Assembly: GCA_003990765.1 (NCBI GenBank)
Contig: RBNJ01000242.1
Location: 1 to 35,732, forward strand
DNA from: Jimgerdemannia flammicorona
Lineage: Eukaryota
Direction: 5' to 3'
DNA: 35,732 nucleotides
Part shown: positions 11,101-23,054 of the stretch, one piece after another
How the letters are laid out: every line of letters starts with the position of its first letter
Numbering within the stretch: position 1 is the stretch's first letter
Notes under the pieces: model-generated
Seen by the model: only the letters and a program-made list of their open reading frames with translations
The model's database searches: none
What the model was told of the DNA's origin: nothing
Position numbers and translations under genes: made by a program

Positions 11101-14100
11101 TCTGTCCTCTAATAATTCAGTTCCATTCTGTACTATTGTTGTATAAGATGATTTTGATTTTGCCTGTATATCCTGGGTCTATGGTTCTTCCTTCTACAGT
11201 TATTTCATTTCTGGCAAGTCCAGACCTTGAGGTTAGTTGAATATAAGTTCCTTGGAGTGATAATATAGCTAGTTTAGTTCTGAACATCAATGTTCTTCCA
11301 AGTTTGATGATTTGTCCTCCAGACTGTAGAGGTCATATCCTACATATTCTTGGTGAGCTTTGGTCAGGGGTTTGGCCTTAGAATATAGCAGAGCATACTG
11401 GGCAACATCTTGCTGAGTTTAGGCTATCTAAGAGCTGAAGCTTCACTGGCAGAAAGTCTCCAAGTCTGAGATTGAGGTGTGGCCATCTGGCTCTAGTAGA
11501 GAGATCTTAGAGATAGTTAATTCCTCTCTTTCTCATAGGGTCTAGAGCTTCTATAAAATTGGTGGCATCCTCTATCTATCTTTAGCAGGTTGTATATCTG
11601 ATGGGAGCTAGGATATCTTCTCCCAATTGTAGATCTTAAGGGTTCTTCTTCCTGGTTTCTTGGTTTGACTTCTTCAGATCTGACCTCTATTATCTTCTCT
11701 CTTCAATATACAGATTGTAATATCCTAGCTGAGGTGAATCTTCTGGTGCCTGTAGTCTTTGCAGTCTGGGTATCTTCTATAGTTATAATATTCCATTGCT
11801 CAGAAATGCTGTTCCTAGCTATTAATCTCCTGCTGTCATGGGAATTGGTATCTATCTTAATTATAAGTTCGGGAAAGAGTAGTCAAGAGATATACTTCTG
11901 TTTAGATAAAGAGACCTTGTCCTCTGAATTGACTTTGCAATCTTATGGTGACTTCTTGAAAGATGGTTGACTGTATAACTATAGTTGGGAGTTCTAATCT
12001 TCAGGGTCTCTATCTTTCTTATTGATCTAGTAGATAGTACTAATAGCAGTAATCTCAGGAAGAGTAGAAGACTATTTGATGTGGATATCTTCTGGCCAAA
12101 AGGCTCTTTTTTGATATATGTATTTCTTACTTTGGAATAATGGAGATTGTACTGGATCCTTCTTCAATATTCCAGAGATCATTATCTTTGAGGAGTATCC
12201 AGCAAAGATCATCCCAGGGAATGAGTTCAGAGACCTCTTCTTCTTCAGATACTTTTTGTTCAGGAATCTCCTGTTCAGGAGTTTTTTTTTTCTCAGATGA
12301 TTCTTGATTCCAGATTGCTTATACTTCTGTAGCTTTGGCTACAGATGTTTCTAAAATATATCTGTATTTCATCTTCCTTCTTCTGTACTTAGGGCAAGTT
12401 GTACTAGGCAAATTCCTTGTCCCAATGATCTTAGAGGAGTGTATGAGACACTTGTGTCTTTTGAGACAGGTGGAGCATCCTTTGATCTGTTCTGCAATAG
12501 CTCTAATGGTGATATAAATACTATTTCTGATCCACACATTGTCTTCTGATCTGTCATCTACTAGATTAATTCAGAGATTGAGTCTGGGATCATTTTCATC
12601 TTCAGATTCTTTTTTCTCTTCTGTAGTAGACTCTTCACTGCTGGCATATTCTTCCTGGATGGTGACCTTCTTCTTCTTCTTTGATTTCTCATAGCTGGTT
12701 ATCTTAACTCTATACTTCTTGCCTCAGTAGTCAAACATGAGTGCTTATTGGCTAATATTAACAACTGCATTCATTTTCTTCATCTAGTTGATACTAAGGA
12801 TCATATCATAGATGACAGCTTTAGTGACAATAGCTTTTAGAATGAAGAACTGAATGTGTCCAAGGGAGATAGTGATGTTTTATACTTCTCTAAGAGGTTG
12901 AATTTGGGCTCTATCTGCTACTACAATACTGAGATTTAATAGTCCATCAATGGGCCATTGGAGAGTATCCAGAAATTATTTGACAATAATATAGATAGCT
13001 ACTCCTATATCTATGAAGATTTTCACCTTTTATCCTCTAATATCTTTATATAGATAGATGCTAATATGTCTCTCTATAGCTTAAATAGAGGTAAGAGCTG
13101 GTTCTTGATGTGGAATTGGGACTCAGCCAGTGCTAGACCTGGTGGTTCTCAGTAATTTGTTTTGGACTCCAGCTGGTATCAGTTGCAGAAACTGCAGAAG
13201 GGGAACTTCCATCTTGGCTTCTTGAATCTTTTGCCAGACTTTATTGTAGATATCTCTAGGCATAATCTTTAGGGTATACTTCTTCTTGGACTTTGGGACA
13301 GTAGGTTCCCATTCTCCTTGCTCCATTACTTCATCCTCTGGGGGTAGTTCATTTGTTTTTAAGAACAAAAAGTAAGAGAGACTGAAGAGGTGTTTCTACT
13401 TGCTTCTCTTCATATTCTTTATCTTTCTTTTGAATTCTTCTAGTAGTATTTCTAAATGGTCTTCCTATAGATCTCTTCTTTTTTTCTGCTAGGTAGACTA
13501 TCTTTCTTATAATGACTTTGACTGGGTATAAGTCCAGATTACTGTAGCCTTCACTGTTACTTTCCTCTTTGAAGTCTTCAACTAGATAGACTTCAGTCTT
13601 CTTATACTGAGTTTCATTCCTTTGGTTTGGTAGTTCTGAGTCTCTTTTATTACTTCTATATTGTTATATTTAGTAGTATAGTATCCAAACTATTCTCAGT
13701 AAAAGCATTGGACTTGGACTCTGTCTTGAACAGAGTATCTTCTTTCTTCTTACAGTTAGTTCCTATTATCTCTAGGTAGATAACTCTGACTCCTTTGTGG
13801 TGAGTATCCTCTATTGTCTTGATAACTCTAATTTTTACATATGGTAAGTTTTTCAATCTGTCCAACCAATTAGTCCAACTTAGAAGTGAGGTCTTGAATT
13901 TTGCTTCTATCCTTCTTTTCTTCTTTGGGTGGTCTTCTTTCTTCAGATCCTTCCTGTTCTTGGAGGAGTCCTTATAGGACTTTAACCAGAATGTCTTCTT
14001 TGTTATCCTTCTTATTATGGTCACTCCAGATAGATCCTTTTCTAAAATTAAAAAATTCTTGGGCTATATTTACTTGTTCCTTAAATCTTCTGATATCTAG

Positions 14101-14111
14101 AGTACAGATAT
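8101..14111 (-). pseudogene. gag-pol: Element A gag (3' part)-pol: zinc knuckle, protease, dUTPase, RT, RNase H, integrase
   Basis: FIDIGVA (about 13010); VGYDLY, SRSGLA and GFGSS dUTPase motifs (about 11000-11400); SPWASP and LCIDYRKLN (about 10260-10335); YMDD (9965-9976); KGPY (about 8225-8240). Many stops. Confidence 0.9.
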
Positions 14112-15530
14112 TGTGATATGCCAAAAATGTACTACTCAAATTATACCTTAGTCAGATGATGTGAACAATTAGTAACTTAGCCAGATGATATGAATATATA
14201 GTATAGTGACCAGACACAGCAACTATTGTTATAGAAAGTGTATAAATAGCCAGACTACCAGATAAGATATATCTGTATAGGACCTGTACATCTGTGCCAG
14301 ACCTGTACACTTGTGCTGGACCTGAACAACTCATAAGTAGTAAATCTATAGTTAGCTACATAGTAACCAGAGAGCAACCAACTGGTATAAAATACCCCAG
14401 AGATAAGAGTGAATAAACCTCAGAATACATTTCAACTTTAGTTCACTTTTCAATATAAAGAAGAGTCCGAAATTGAAGCAAAAGACAAGTCTATCTACCA
14501 CACTTTGAGAGAAACTCTACAGCCACTGCAAGGAGATTGTGAGCTTATTTCTCCACTCCAGTCTACTTTCTGATACAAAGCTTGAAGATTTTGCTGCTAA
14601 GTTCAAGTGAAGAACTTTGCCACCTTTGAAATTATTGGTACACTTACCAGACTAAGCCTGAAGAATCCAAGTTTGCTACCCAAGTTCAAGGTAGAACTTC
14701 ACTGCCATTTAAGTAATCTGCTACTTAAGGAATAAGCTGCCATTTCCAAGTTATCCATATTCCCAGAAAGCCTAAGAGAAAGCCACCTTGCTCAAGCCAG
14801 TTTCTGATGCAACTTCACAGTGATCCATTATATAAACAAAGCTAGTCTTTGATATAACTTTGCTAAGAGACCCTTTCTCAAAGTCATCAGTTGTTTGTAT
14901 TCCTAGTTGAAGCTGTCAATTCAAGAAGAATCTATAATACCCAAGTTATTATTCTCAGAAGACCCTGATTCAGAAGAATCTATAACATCTAAGTTATTTC
15001 CTGGAAGCCTGCTGATTTAAGAAGAATCTGTAACATCTGAGTTATTCATCATTCCCAGTGAGCCTGAGTTATTGAGTAATCCACCACTAGTACAATTCCC
15101 AAATATCCCATATAAGAAACCCACTGTACTATATAAAATTGCCACACAGAAATTACATAAGGAAACCACCAAATTGCCAGACCATCATGTATAAGAAACC
15201 TATCATGCTATATAAGATTATCACCCAGAAATCACATAAGGAACCCACTATACCACATAGAGATCATTGTGCTATATACAAATTCTACTAATTCCTAGTT
15301 AACCCAAGAAGGAAATCTATTCATACACAAATCACTAGTATACCCAGAGAACTATCTCAATAAGGAAATTGCTCACAGATATCCAGCTTTGACTATTATA
15401 CCACTAAACACCAAGAACCTCAAGAATCTTAGAATATTTTATTGCTTTTTGACAAAGTAACTAGGGCTCAAGCCAAACTATATCAATTCCCAATCTTGTA
15501 ATTTGCCTCTATTGAGCCAGACATGATACA
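14112..15530 (+). repeat. 5' LTR of element B (about 1.42 kb)
   Basis: TG...CA ends. TATAAAA at about 14386, AATAAA at about 14412. Colinear with 23055-24487. Confidence 0.92.
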
Positions 15531-15549
15531 TTTAGAGGCTCAACTGAAA
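15531..15549 (+). promoter_or_regulatory. Primer-binding site of B, probably tRNA-Pro
   Basis: TTTAGAGGCTCAACTGAAA directly after the LTR; the A copy reads TTTGGGGCTCAACTG. Reverting transitions gives TGGGGGCTCAACCGGGA, similar to the classic Pro PBS TGGGGGCTCGTCCGGGAT. Confidence 0.65.
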
Positions 15550-15565
15550 AGATTTCAAAATTGAT

Positions 15566-18500
15566 ATGACTTTTCAGCTCACAAGAACCCACAGTCAAAC
15601 TGGATACATTTTATACAATATCAATCTCTACCACTACAGAAGAACCAGTTATCACTAGTATTTAGATAGAAAGAGAAGTAATCACCTCAAGACTTGCCAA
15701 CTACCCAGCATCAGAAGGTTCCTAACCAGAACCAGAAGCCAGTATAGCCTGAAATCCCCAACCAGATCAATCAGATAATACAGGTGGCCCTATTGGAGAT
15801 TTTGAAGAACTTATACAAAAACTAGAAGATCTTATTACATAAGCTCAAGATCTTACCGCCAGATACCCCATACCAGTCCCATCAATCTCATCAATAGAAC
15901 CTTTACTACAAGCTCTTGCAGAATTGGAAGCAGCTTCTATAAGAATACCTATACTCATTCTACTTTGTCTAAGGTCTAGAATACTATTCTCAGGATACCC
16001 AAGCACCCCCACCTCTAGTGACAGTTCAGAAAGCAAATCAGAATCAGAATCTGAACCAGAACCAGAATTAGAAGAAAGTGATGAAAAAATGGCCACCTTA
16101 TTGCCAATCTTTACAGAATATCCAGAGGAAGACCCCAGAGAATTCCTTGATGGAATTGAAGGAATTGCAGCCCTAAGGAATCTTTCAGATAAAAGAAAAA
16201 TTGCCAGCTATAAGGCCTAGCTCAGAGAACCAGCCAGAGGAATTTTCTATTAAATAGCAAATAACCCAAATTCGGAACTAGCAAGACAGATATAAGTAGC
16301 ACTATCTTATAAGCTAGAATATGTAGCCATAGTCCACTGACTCATTGAAAAGTATGTAGGAAATGAAACCCACCACAAGGCTCAAGAATCTATTATGAGG
16401 ATGAAGATAAATCTTAGAGAATCACCCAGAGTCTTCATCATAAGAATTCAGAAGAGAATGCATACTACTGGGTTCAATACTACCAACCAGAACATTATAG
16501 GTCCAATGACCTTCATGAATGGGATTCTCCCAAACATTGCTCAGTATGTCTACACTCTAGGTATCAGAAGGTCTGAAGAGCAAGTAGATACAGCCCAAGG
16601 ATTCTTTAATGTCAGACAAGAAACTACCTAGAGTGATCATGACAAAAAAGAAGATAAAGAAGATATCCTGGTCAAAGCCCTACAAAGGACAAGAAAGATC
16701 TGAAGAAAGACAGCTAGCTAAAGAAGGAAAGAAGGATAGAAGCAAAATCCAAGACCTCAGCTCTAAGTTGGACTGATTGGTTGGACAGATTGAAAAACCC
16801 ATCATATGCAAAAATTGGAGCTACCAAGACAATAGAGGATATCTACCACAGAGGAGCCAAGATTATCCACCAAGAGATAACAGAAGCTACCAGCAAGAGA
16901 AAAGAAAGTACCCTGTCCAAGACAGAGCCCAAGTCCAATGCTTTCACTTTGGACAATTTGGACACTATACTACTGAATGTGACAACAAAAGAAGTGACCA
17001 AAGAGACTCAGAACAACCAAACCAAAGGAATGACACTCAGTACAAGAAGACTAAAGCCCATTCTGTTGAAGATTTCGAGGAAGCAAGCAATAGTGAAGAC
17101 TACAGTGACCTAGACTTTACCCTACCAAGGTTACTACTCAGAAAACAGTCTATCCAGCAGAGAAAAGGAAGAGACCTATAGGAAGACCATCCAGGAATAT
17201 CAGCAGAAGAATCATCCAAGAAGAAGATGAAGAATATGAAGAGGAATAGATAGAAACACCTCTCTGAACTCTCTCACCTTTTGTTCCTAAGACAAATGAG
17301 CTGATGAAAAAATTGAATAAGAAGAACAGGAACCTGCTGCCCCAAAGCCCAAGAAGAAGTATACCCTGAAGATCATACTCAGAGACATCTACAATGAAGT
17401 CTGGCAGAAGATTCAAGAAGCTAAGATGGAGGTCCCCCTTCTGCAGTTCCTATAACTAATACTAGCTGGAGTTTAAAACAAATTACTAAGGACCACCAGG
17501 TTCAGTACTGGCTGAGTTCCCATCCCACAACAAGAGCCAGCTTCTATTCCTATTCAAGCTACAGAATGACATATCAGCACTTACTTACATAGAGACATTG
17601 GAGGACAAAAGGCAAAAATCCTCATAGACACAGAAGCAGCTATCTGTATTATTACCAAATGATTCCTGAATACCCTCCAATGGCCCATTGATGGACCATC
17701 TAACCTCAGTATCATAATAGTAGATGGAGCCCAAACTCAACCCCTTGGAGAAGTATGAAACATCACTATCTCTCTTGGACACATTCAGTTCTCTATCCCA
17801 AAAGTAGTTATAACTGAAGCTATCATCTATGATATGATCCTTGGTACCAACTGGATGAAGGAAATGAATGCAGTTGTTAATATTGGTCAACAAGTACTCA
17901 AGTTTAACTACTGAGGCAAGAAGTACAGAGTTAAGATAACTAGCTATAAGCAATCAAAGAAGAAGAAGAAGGTCACTATTTAGAAAGAATATGCCAGCAG
18001 TGAAGAGTCTACCATAGAGGAGGAAGAAGGATCTGAAGATGGAAATAATCCCAGACTCAACCCCCAAATTAACCTGGTGGATGATATACCAGAAGACAAT
18101 GTATGGGTCAAGAACACTGTCCCCATTACCATTGGAGCTATTGCAGGAGAAATCAAAGAATTCCCCACCTGTCTCAAGAGATACAAGTACCTTGAGCACT
18201 TCTCCAAGATTATTGGGAAAAGGAATTCGCCTGGTATAGTCTGCTCTGAGTGTAGAAAGAAGAAGAAGAAATGCAGATATGCTCCAGAAATACCTACAGC
18301 TGAAGCTGCAGAGGTGCAAGCAATTTGGAGACAAGAATCATCTAAGGAAGAAGAGGTTCCTGACCAAGAAGTTCCTGAACAAGAAGTACCCAAAGAGGAA
18401 GAAGTCCCTGAACTCATTCTCTAGAATGACCCTTGCTGGATACTACCTAAAACAATGACTCTTGGAATATGGAAGAAGGATCCAGTACAATCACCATTAT

Positions 18501-21500
18501 TCCAAAGAAAGAAACTCACCAGAAAAAGGCTTTCTAGCTAGGAAGATGTCCACACCAAATGGTCTTCCACTCTCCCCAAGACTACTGCTATCAGTGCTAT
18601 CTTCTAGACCAATAGGAGAGATAGAGACCCCAGAGACCAGAACCTCCAAATATAGTTGCACAGTCAACTACCTTCCAAGAAGTTACCACTAAGTTGCAAA
18701 GCTGATTCAGAGGACAAGGCCTCTTCATCCAGACAGAAGTATACCCCTTATCTACTCTTCTACTAACTTATGACCAAGATGGATACTGATTCCCAAGACA
18801 ACAAAAGATCAACAACTGGAAATATTATTTCTGAGCAATAGGATATTGTAACCATAGAAGACATCTAGATTGCTGAGATTATAGGCATCAGAAGATCCAT
18901 CTCAGTCATGATGTTGCAATTCACACTTTGAAGAGAGGAGATAACTGAAGTCAGATCTGAAAAAGCCAGATCAAAAAGCCAGGAAGAAGGACCCTCAAGA
19001 TCTATGATTTAGAAGAAGACATCCTAGCTCTCATCAGACATGCAATCTGCCAAAGATGAATAGAAGATGCCACCAACTTCATGAAAGCCCTAGACCCTAT
19101 AGGAGAAGAGAAATCAACTATCTCCAAGACCCCTCTACTGGAGCCAGATGGCTGCACCTCAATCTCAGAGCCTGGAGGCTCTCCGCCAGTAGAGCCTCAG
19201 TCCAAGGACAGACTGAACTTAGTAAGGATATTGCCCAGTATGCCCTGCTATATCTCAAGGCCAAACCCCTGACCAAAGTATATACAGAAGATATATGATA
19301 TAATCTTCACAGTCTGGAGGATGAATCTATCAAGCCTGGAAAAACATTCATGATTAGAACTGGACTAGTCATACAACCACCTCAAGGAGCTTACATCTAA
19401 TTGACCTCAAGGTCTGGACTTGCCAGACAAGGAATAACAATAGAAGGAGGAACCATTGACCCAGGATATATAGGTAAAATCAAGGTCATTCTATACAACA
19501 GTAGTACAGAATGGCACCAAATCATTAGAGGATAGAAGATTGCCCAAGCAGTCTTCATGAAGGTCAAGACTCCACAATTATAAGAAGTCTCTGAACTGAC
19601 TGAAGAAACAAGACAAGCCAAAGGATTTGGAAGTTCAGACAAGATAGAAGTATATCTCCTTCAAGTCAACTATCCCAAGAGGAATGTTCTCCAGCAAGTA
19701 TGCTGCCAACCAGTCAAACTATACAAGAACCTCATCCTGAAGCCTAGAGAAAAAACCACCTTTGAAATCTTTGCACCACCTGACTCCAGAAACCTTTTCT
19801 TCAAACCTAATGAAGATATCCCATACCTGGATATAGAAGGACACACATTTCCTGACAAGATGAATCCAGTCCACTCCTGAGCAACTAACCAAAGTTGGAA
19901 AACCATTATCTTGTCAAAAGGAACCATCATAGGACACCTGGTGCCTTTTCTCAATTGAACTTATAGGGAAGTTTATGAACTAAACCTATCAGGAAATGGC
20001 AAAAGGTCTCAGAAGAAAAGAAAGGCCCCTCTGTGACCTAGGAGACAGTAAAGCCTTCTACCAATATTGGAGAGAAATTGACACTCCAGCAACAGCAACA
20101 ACTAGTAGAACTTCTCAACAAATATCAAGATATCTTCACTACTGATTATGGCAACTTGCCATATAACCCATCATATCACTATAGCATAAATACAGGAAAT
20201 GTAACACCTATCTGGTAGAAACTCTATAGAATACTCCATCACCTAAAAACATTCAAAAAGGAGTACATTTAAGAACTCTTAGAGAATAGAGTCATCTGAC
20301 CCTCAACCAGCCCCTGGGCCAGCCCTATACTTATTGTACCAAAGAAAGAAGAATGGAGACTCTACATAGACTATAGAAAACTTAATTCAGTCACCAAAAA
20401 GGATGCCTATTCTTTATCCAGAATTGATAACCTTTTGGATCAGTTACAATATACCAGATACTTCAGCAGTATGAATCTCTTTGCAGGATTTTATGAGATC
20501 TCTATGGACTGAAAAGACATTCAAAAGACAGCTTTCCTTGCTTTAGAAAAACTGTTTAAATACCTCTGAATGCCTTTTGGACTTTACAATGCACCACCCA
20601 CCTTTCAGAGGATGATGAATTCAGTCTATGCTCTCTTGATCCACTACTGCCTAATTGTATACATAGATGATTTCAACATCTATTCAGTAAATTTCAAAGA
20701 ATACCTATATTACCTAGAGGAATTCTTCAAGCTCACCTGCAAAAACCACTTGAGACTAAATGCAAAGAAATATTACTTTGGGAAACAGAAACTCAAATTC
20801 CTTGGATTCATAGTTTCAAAAAAAAGGAACCCATGCAGATCCAAAGAAAACTGAAAAGATCAACAATTGGCCAGCACCCAAGACCTTGAAGGAAATATTA
20901 TCATTCCTGATGCTGGTATTCTACTACAGAAGGTTTATCAAGGATTTCACACAAATTGCTGCCCCAATCCAAATTCTTCTCAAGAAAGAAGTGCCATTCA
21001 AATGGACAGAATCACAAGAAAAAGCCTTCAAAGAACTCAAGAACTACATGACTACAGCACTAATCCTTGTACACCCCAATCTACAGAAACTATTCATCTT
21101 ATATATAGATATTTCTAAAAATGGCCTTGGAGCAGTTCTAGCTCAAGAAGGATACAATTAACAACACTATATAATAGCTTATATAAGCAGAGCTATCAAT
21201 CAGCAGCAGATGAACTATAGTAGCACTAAACTGAAATGCCTTGCAGTCATATGGATGACCACCCTGTTCAAGCATTACCTTATTAGAAAAAGATTCACTC
21301 TGATCACAGACCATGTAGCCCTCAAATAGCTATTCAACCACAAGGAACCCATCAGAATCCTAGCCCACTTGACTCTTATTCTTCAGGATTACAAAATCAC
21401 CATCATCTACAAAGCAGGAAAAGCTTACAACAATGTTGATGTATTTTCTTACTAGCCCCAATAAATCAGAAGAGAGGAACTATACCCTAAAGAAAGCCCC

Positions 21501-22518
21501 TCAGACCATCAAGGTACAAGAACATCTTATCTGAAAAGAATACCAGAAAGCCCACCAAGGACAAGTGAGCATAGAAGAAAAGTTGTGAACAATATACCAA
21601 TATTAGCCCAAACTCAGAACACAAGTTCAGAATATACTCAAGAAATATGATACCTGCCAGAAGTATCAAGGAAAAAAGAATTATCAAGCACTACTGCAAT
21701 CAATTGCACTACCAGATAACATCTTTAGTAGATGTAATTGGACTCCTACCAGTCATACCAAGAAGGAACAAATATATTATTATATTTGTAGAACATTTAA
21801 CAAAGTGACCTGAGGCTTTCTCAATAGAAATTACAGATGCCTTAACCATTGTAGGCCTTCTCCATGAACTCATACTCAGATATGGACTTTCAGAAGAACT
21901 AATCTCTGAGTGAGGCACCAAATTCATCAATAATATAATCATAAGTTATGCTTGAATTCACAAGATCCACCTCAAATAGACCACATCATACCACCCTCAG
22001 ACCAATGGTATGACAGAAAGAATGAACCAGACCATTAAGAAAGGACTTGCTTAAGTTAATTCTATCAACTGGGATCTCTGCTTATCTGAGATCCTATGGG
22101 AAATCCAGAACACCCCTGCTGCCTCTACCAAACAAAAGCCATTCAAAATGATATTTGCCAAGAAAACCAGAGCTGCTGACCATGAGAATTTCAGAGACCT
22201 TCTTAAGAAGACAGAATAGTTATATAATCAAGCCCAAGCTTAGATTATTAAAGTACAAGAAAGACAAAAGAAGTACTATAACCAGAACAAAAGAATCAGG
22301 AGATCAAGATTGGAGATCAAGTACTAGTTTGGAGAAGCATGATTGAAACAAATTTTGCTGCCAAACTGAAGCCCAAATGGGAAGAATCTTATCTCATATA
22401 TAATATCAGAGGAACCAGCATCTATTTAAGAGACATGGATATATGAATTCTGAAGACACCAGTATACATCAATTACCTCAAGATATATCTTTCCCCACAT
22501 CATGAATCAGAGAGTTGA
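15566..22518 (+). pseudogene. gag-pol: Element B gag-pol
   Basis: ATG at 15566. Knuckle CFHFGQFGHYTTEC (16939-16980); protease LIDTEAA (about 17621); dUTPase; RT SPWASP / MPFGLYNAPPTFQR / YIDD (about 20659); RNase H LYIDISKNGLGAVLAQ and TDH; integrase YHPQTNGMTERMNQT and KLKPKWEESY; stop at 22516-22518. Confidence 0.93.
19230..19640 (+). pseudogene. dut: Trimeric dUTPase domain within pol of B
   Basis: Motif I I*YNL (VGYDL in A), II SRSGLA, III GGTIDPGYIGKIKVIL, IV G*KIAQAV, V RQAKGFGSSD. Confidence 0.92.
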
Positions 22519-23014
22519 TAACCACCTTCAGACTCTTGTCCTCAGCTCATTTCAATTACTACTAGTTCCCCTACCCCAATTCCAAGAAGTCAATGAGAAC
22601 ACTCTCCAGAAGATCCAGATTTATCAAGAGAATCTTGTTCTGACCAGATGATTGCTACAGGTCCACCAACTTCAGGCCCATTATGCAATTGGAGAACAAT
22701 TGCAAAACCTCTCAGTCCCTGAACAGACATATATCAAAAATACTACAAGACTATCAAGGAGAGATGTCACTGCTGCAGACAGACTTTACACTCTTTATAA
22801 ATGAAACCCTGCAGCCCTGATACAAGCACAATTCTCCTGGTATAATGCATGAGGAATGAACCTAGCCACCTACCTGAGCATCATTAATGCTGTTGAAATT
22901 CTATTCTCAGAAGAAGAAGAACTCTTAGAATGGAGCAACCATGGTACAGATGATAAAGATAATAGAACAGATATTGATACAGAAGATGCTTACCCACACT
23001 AAGATGATGACTAA
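22502..23014 (+). pseudogene. Accessory ORF (about 170 codons, unknown function) between pol and the PPT of B
   Basis: MNQRVDNHLQTLVLSSFQ...LQAHYAIGEQLQNLSVPEQTYIKNTTRLSRRDVTAADRLYTLYK*NPAALIQAQ...EEEELLEW... in one frame. Three internal stops are TGA (compatible with CGA decay), with one TAA at 23000 near the end. Confidence 0.8.
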
Positions 23015-23054
23015 AGGACAGTCTGAGGACAGACCATCCTTTAGTGAGGGCTGA

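Noticed and set aside
17180..17320. Programmed gag-pol frameshift or readthrough site
   Set aside because: Too many secondary stops and indels in both A and B to distinguish a programmed event from decay.
19230..19640. dUTPase as a counter-defence against the observed C>T hypermutation
   Set aside because: dUTPase sanitises the nucleotide pool and does not prevent deamination of C or 5mC in DNA, and these elements are heavily mutated anyway.
22502..23014. env gene (errantivirus-like) after pol
   Set aside because: Only ~170 codons, no furin site or C-terminal TM anchor visible, and an acidic tail.
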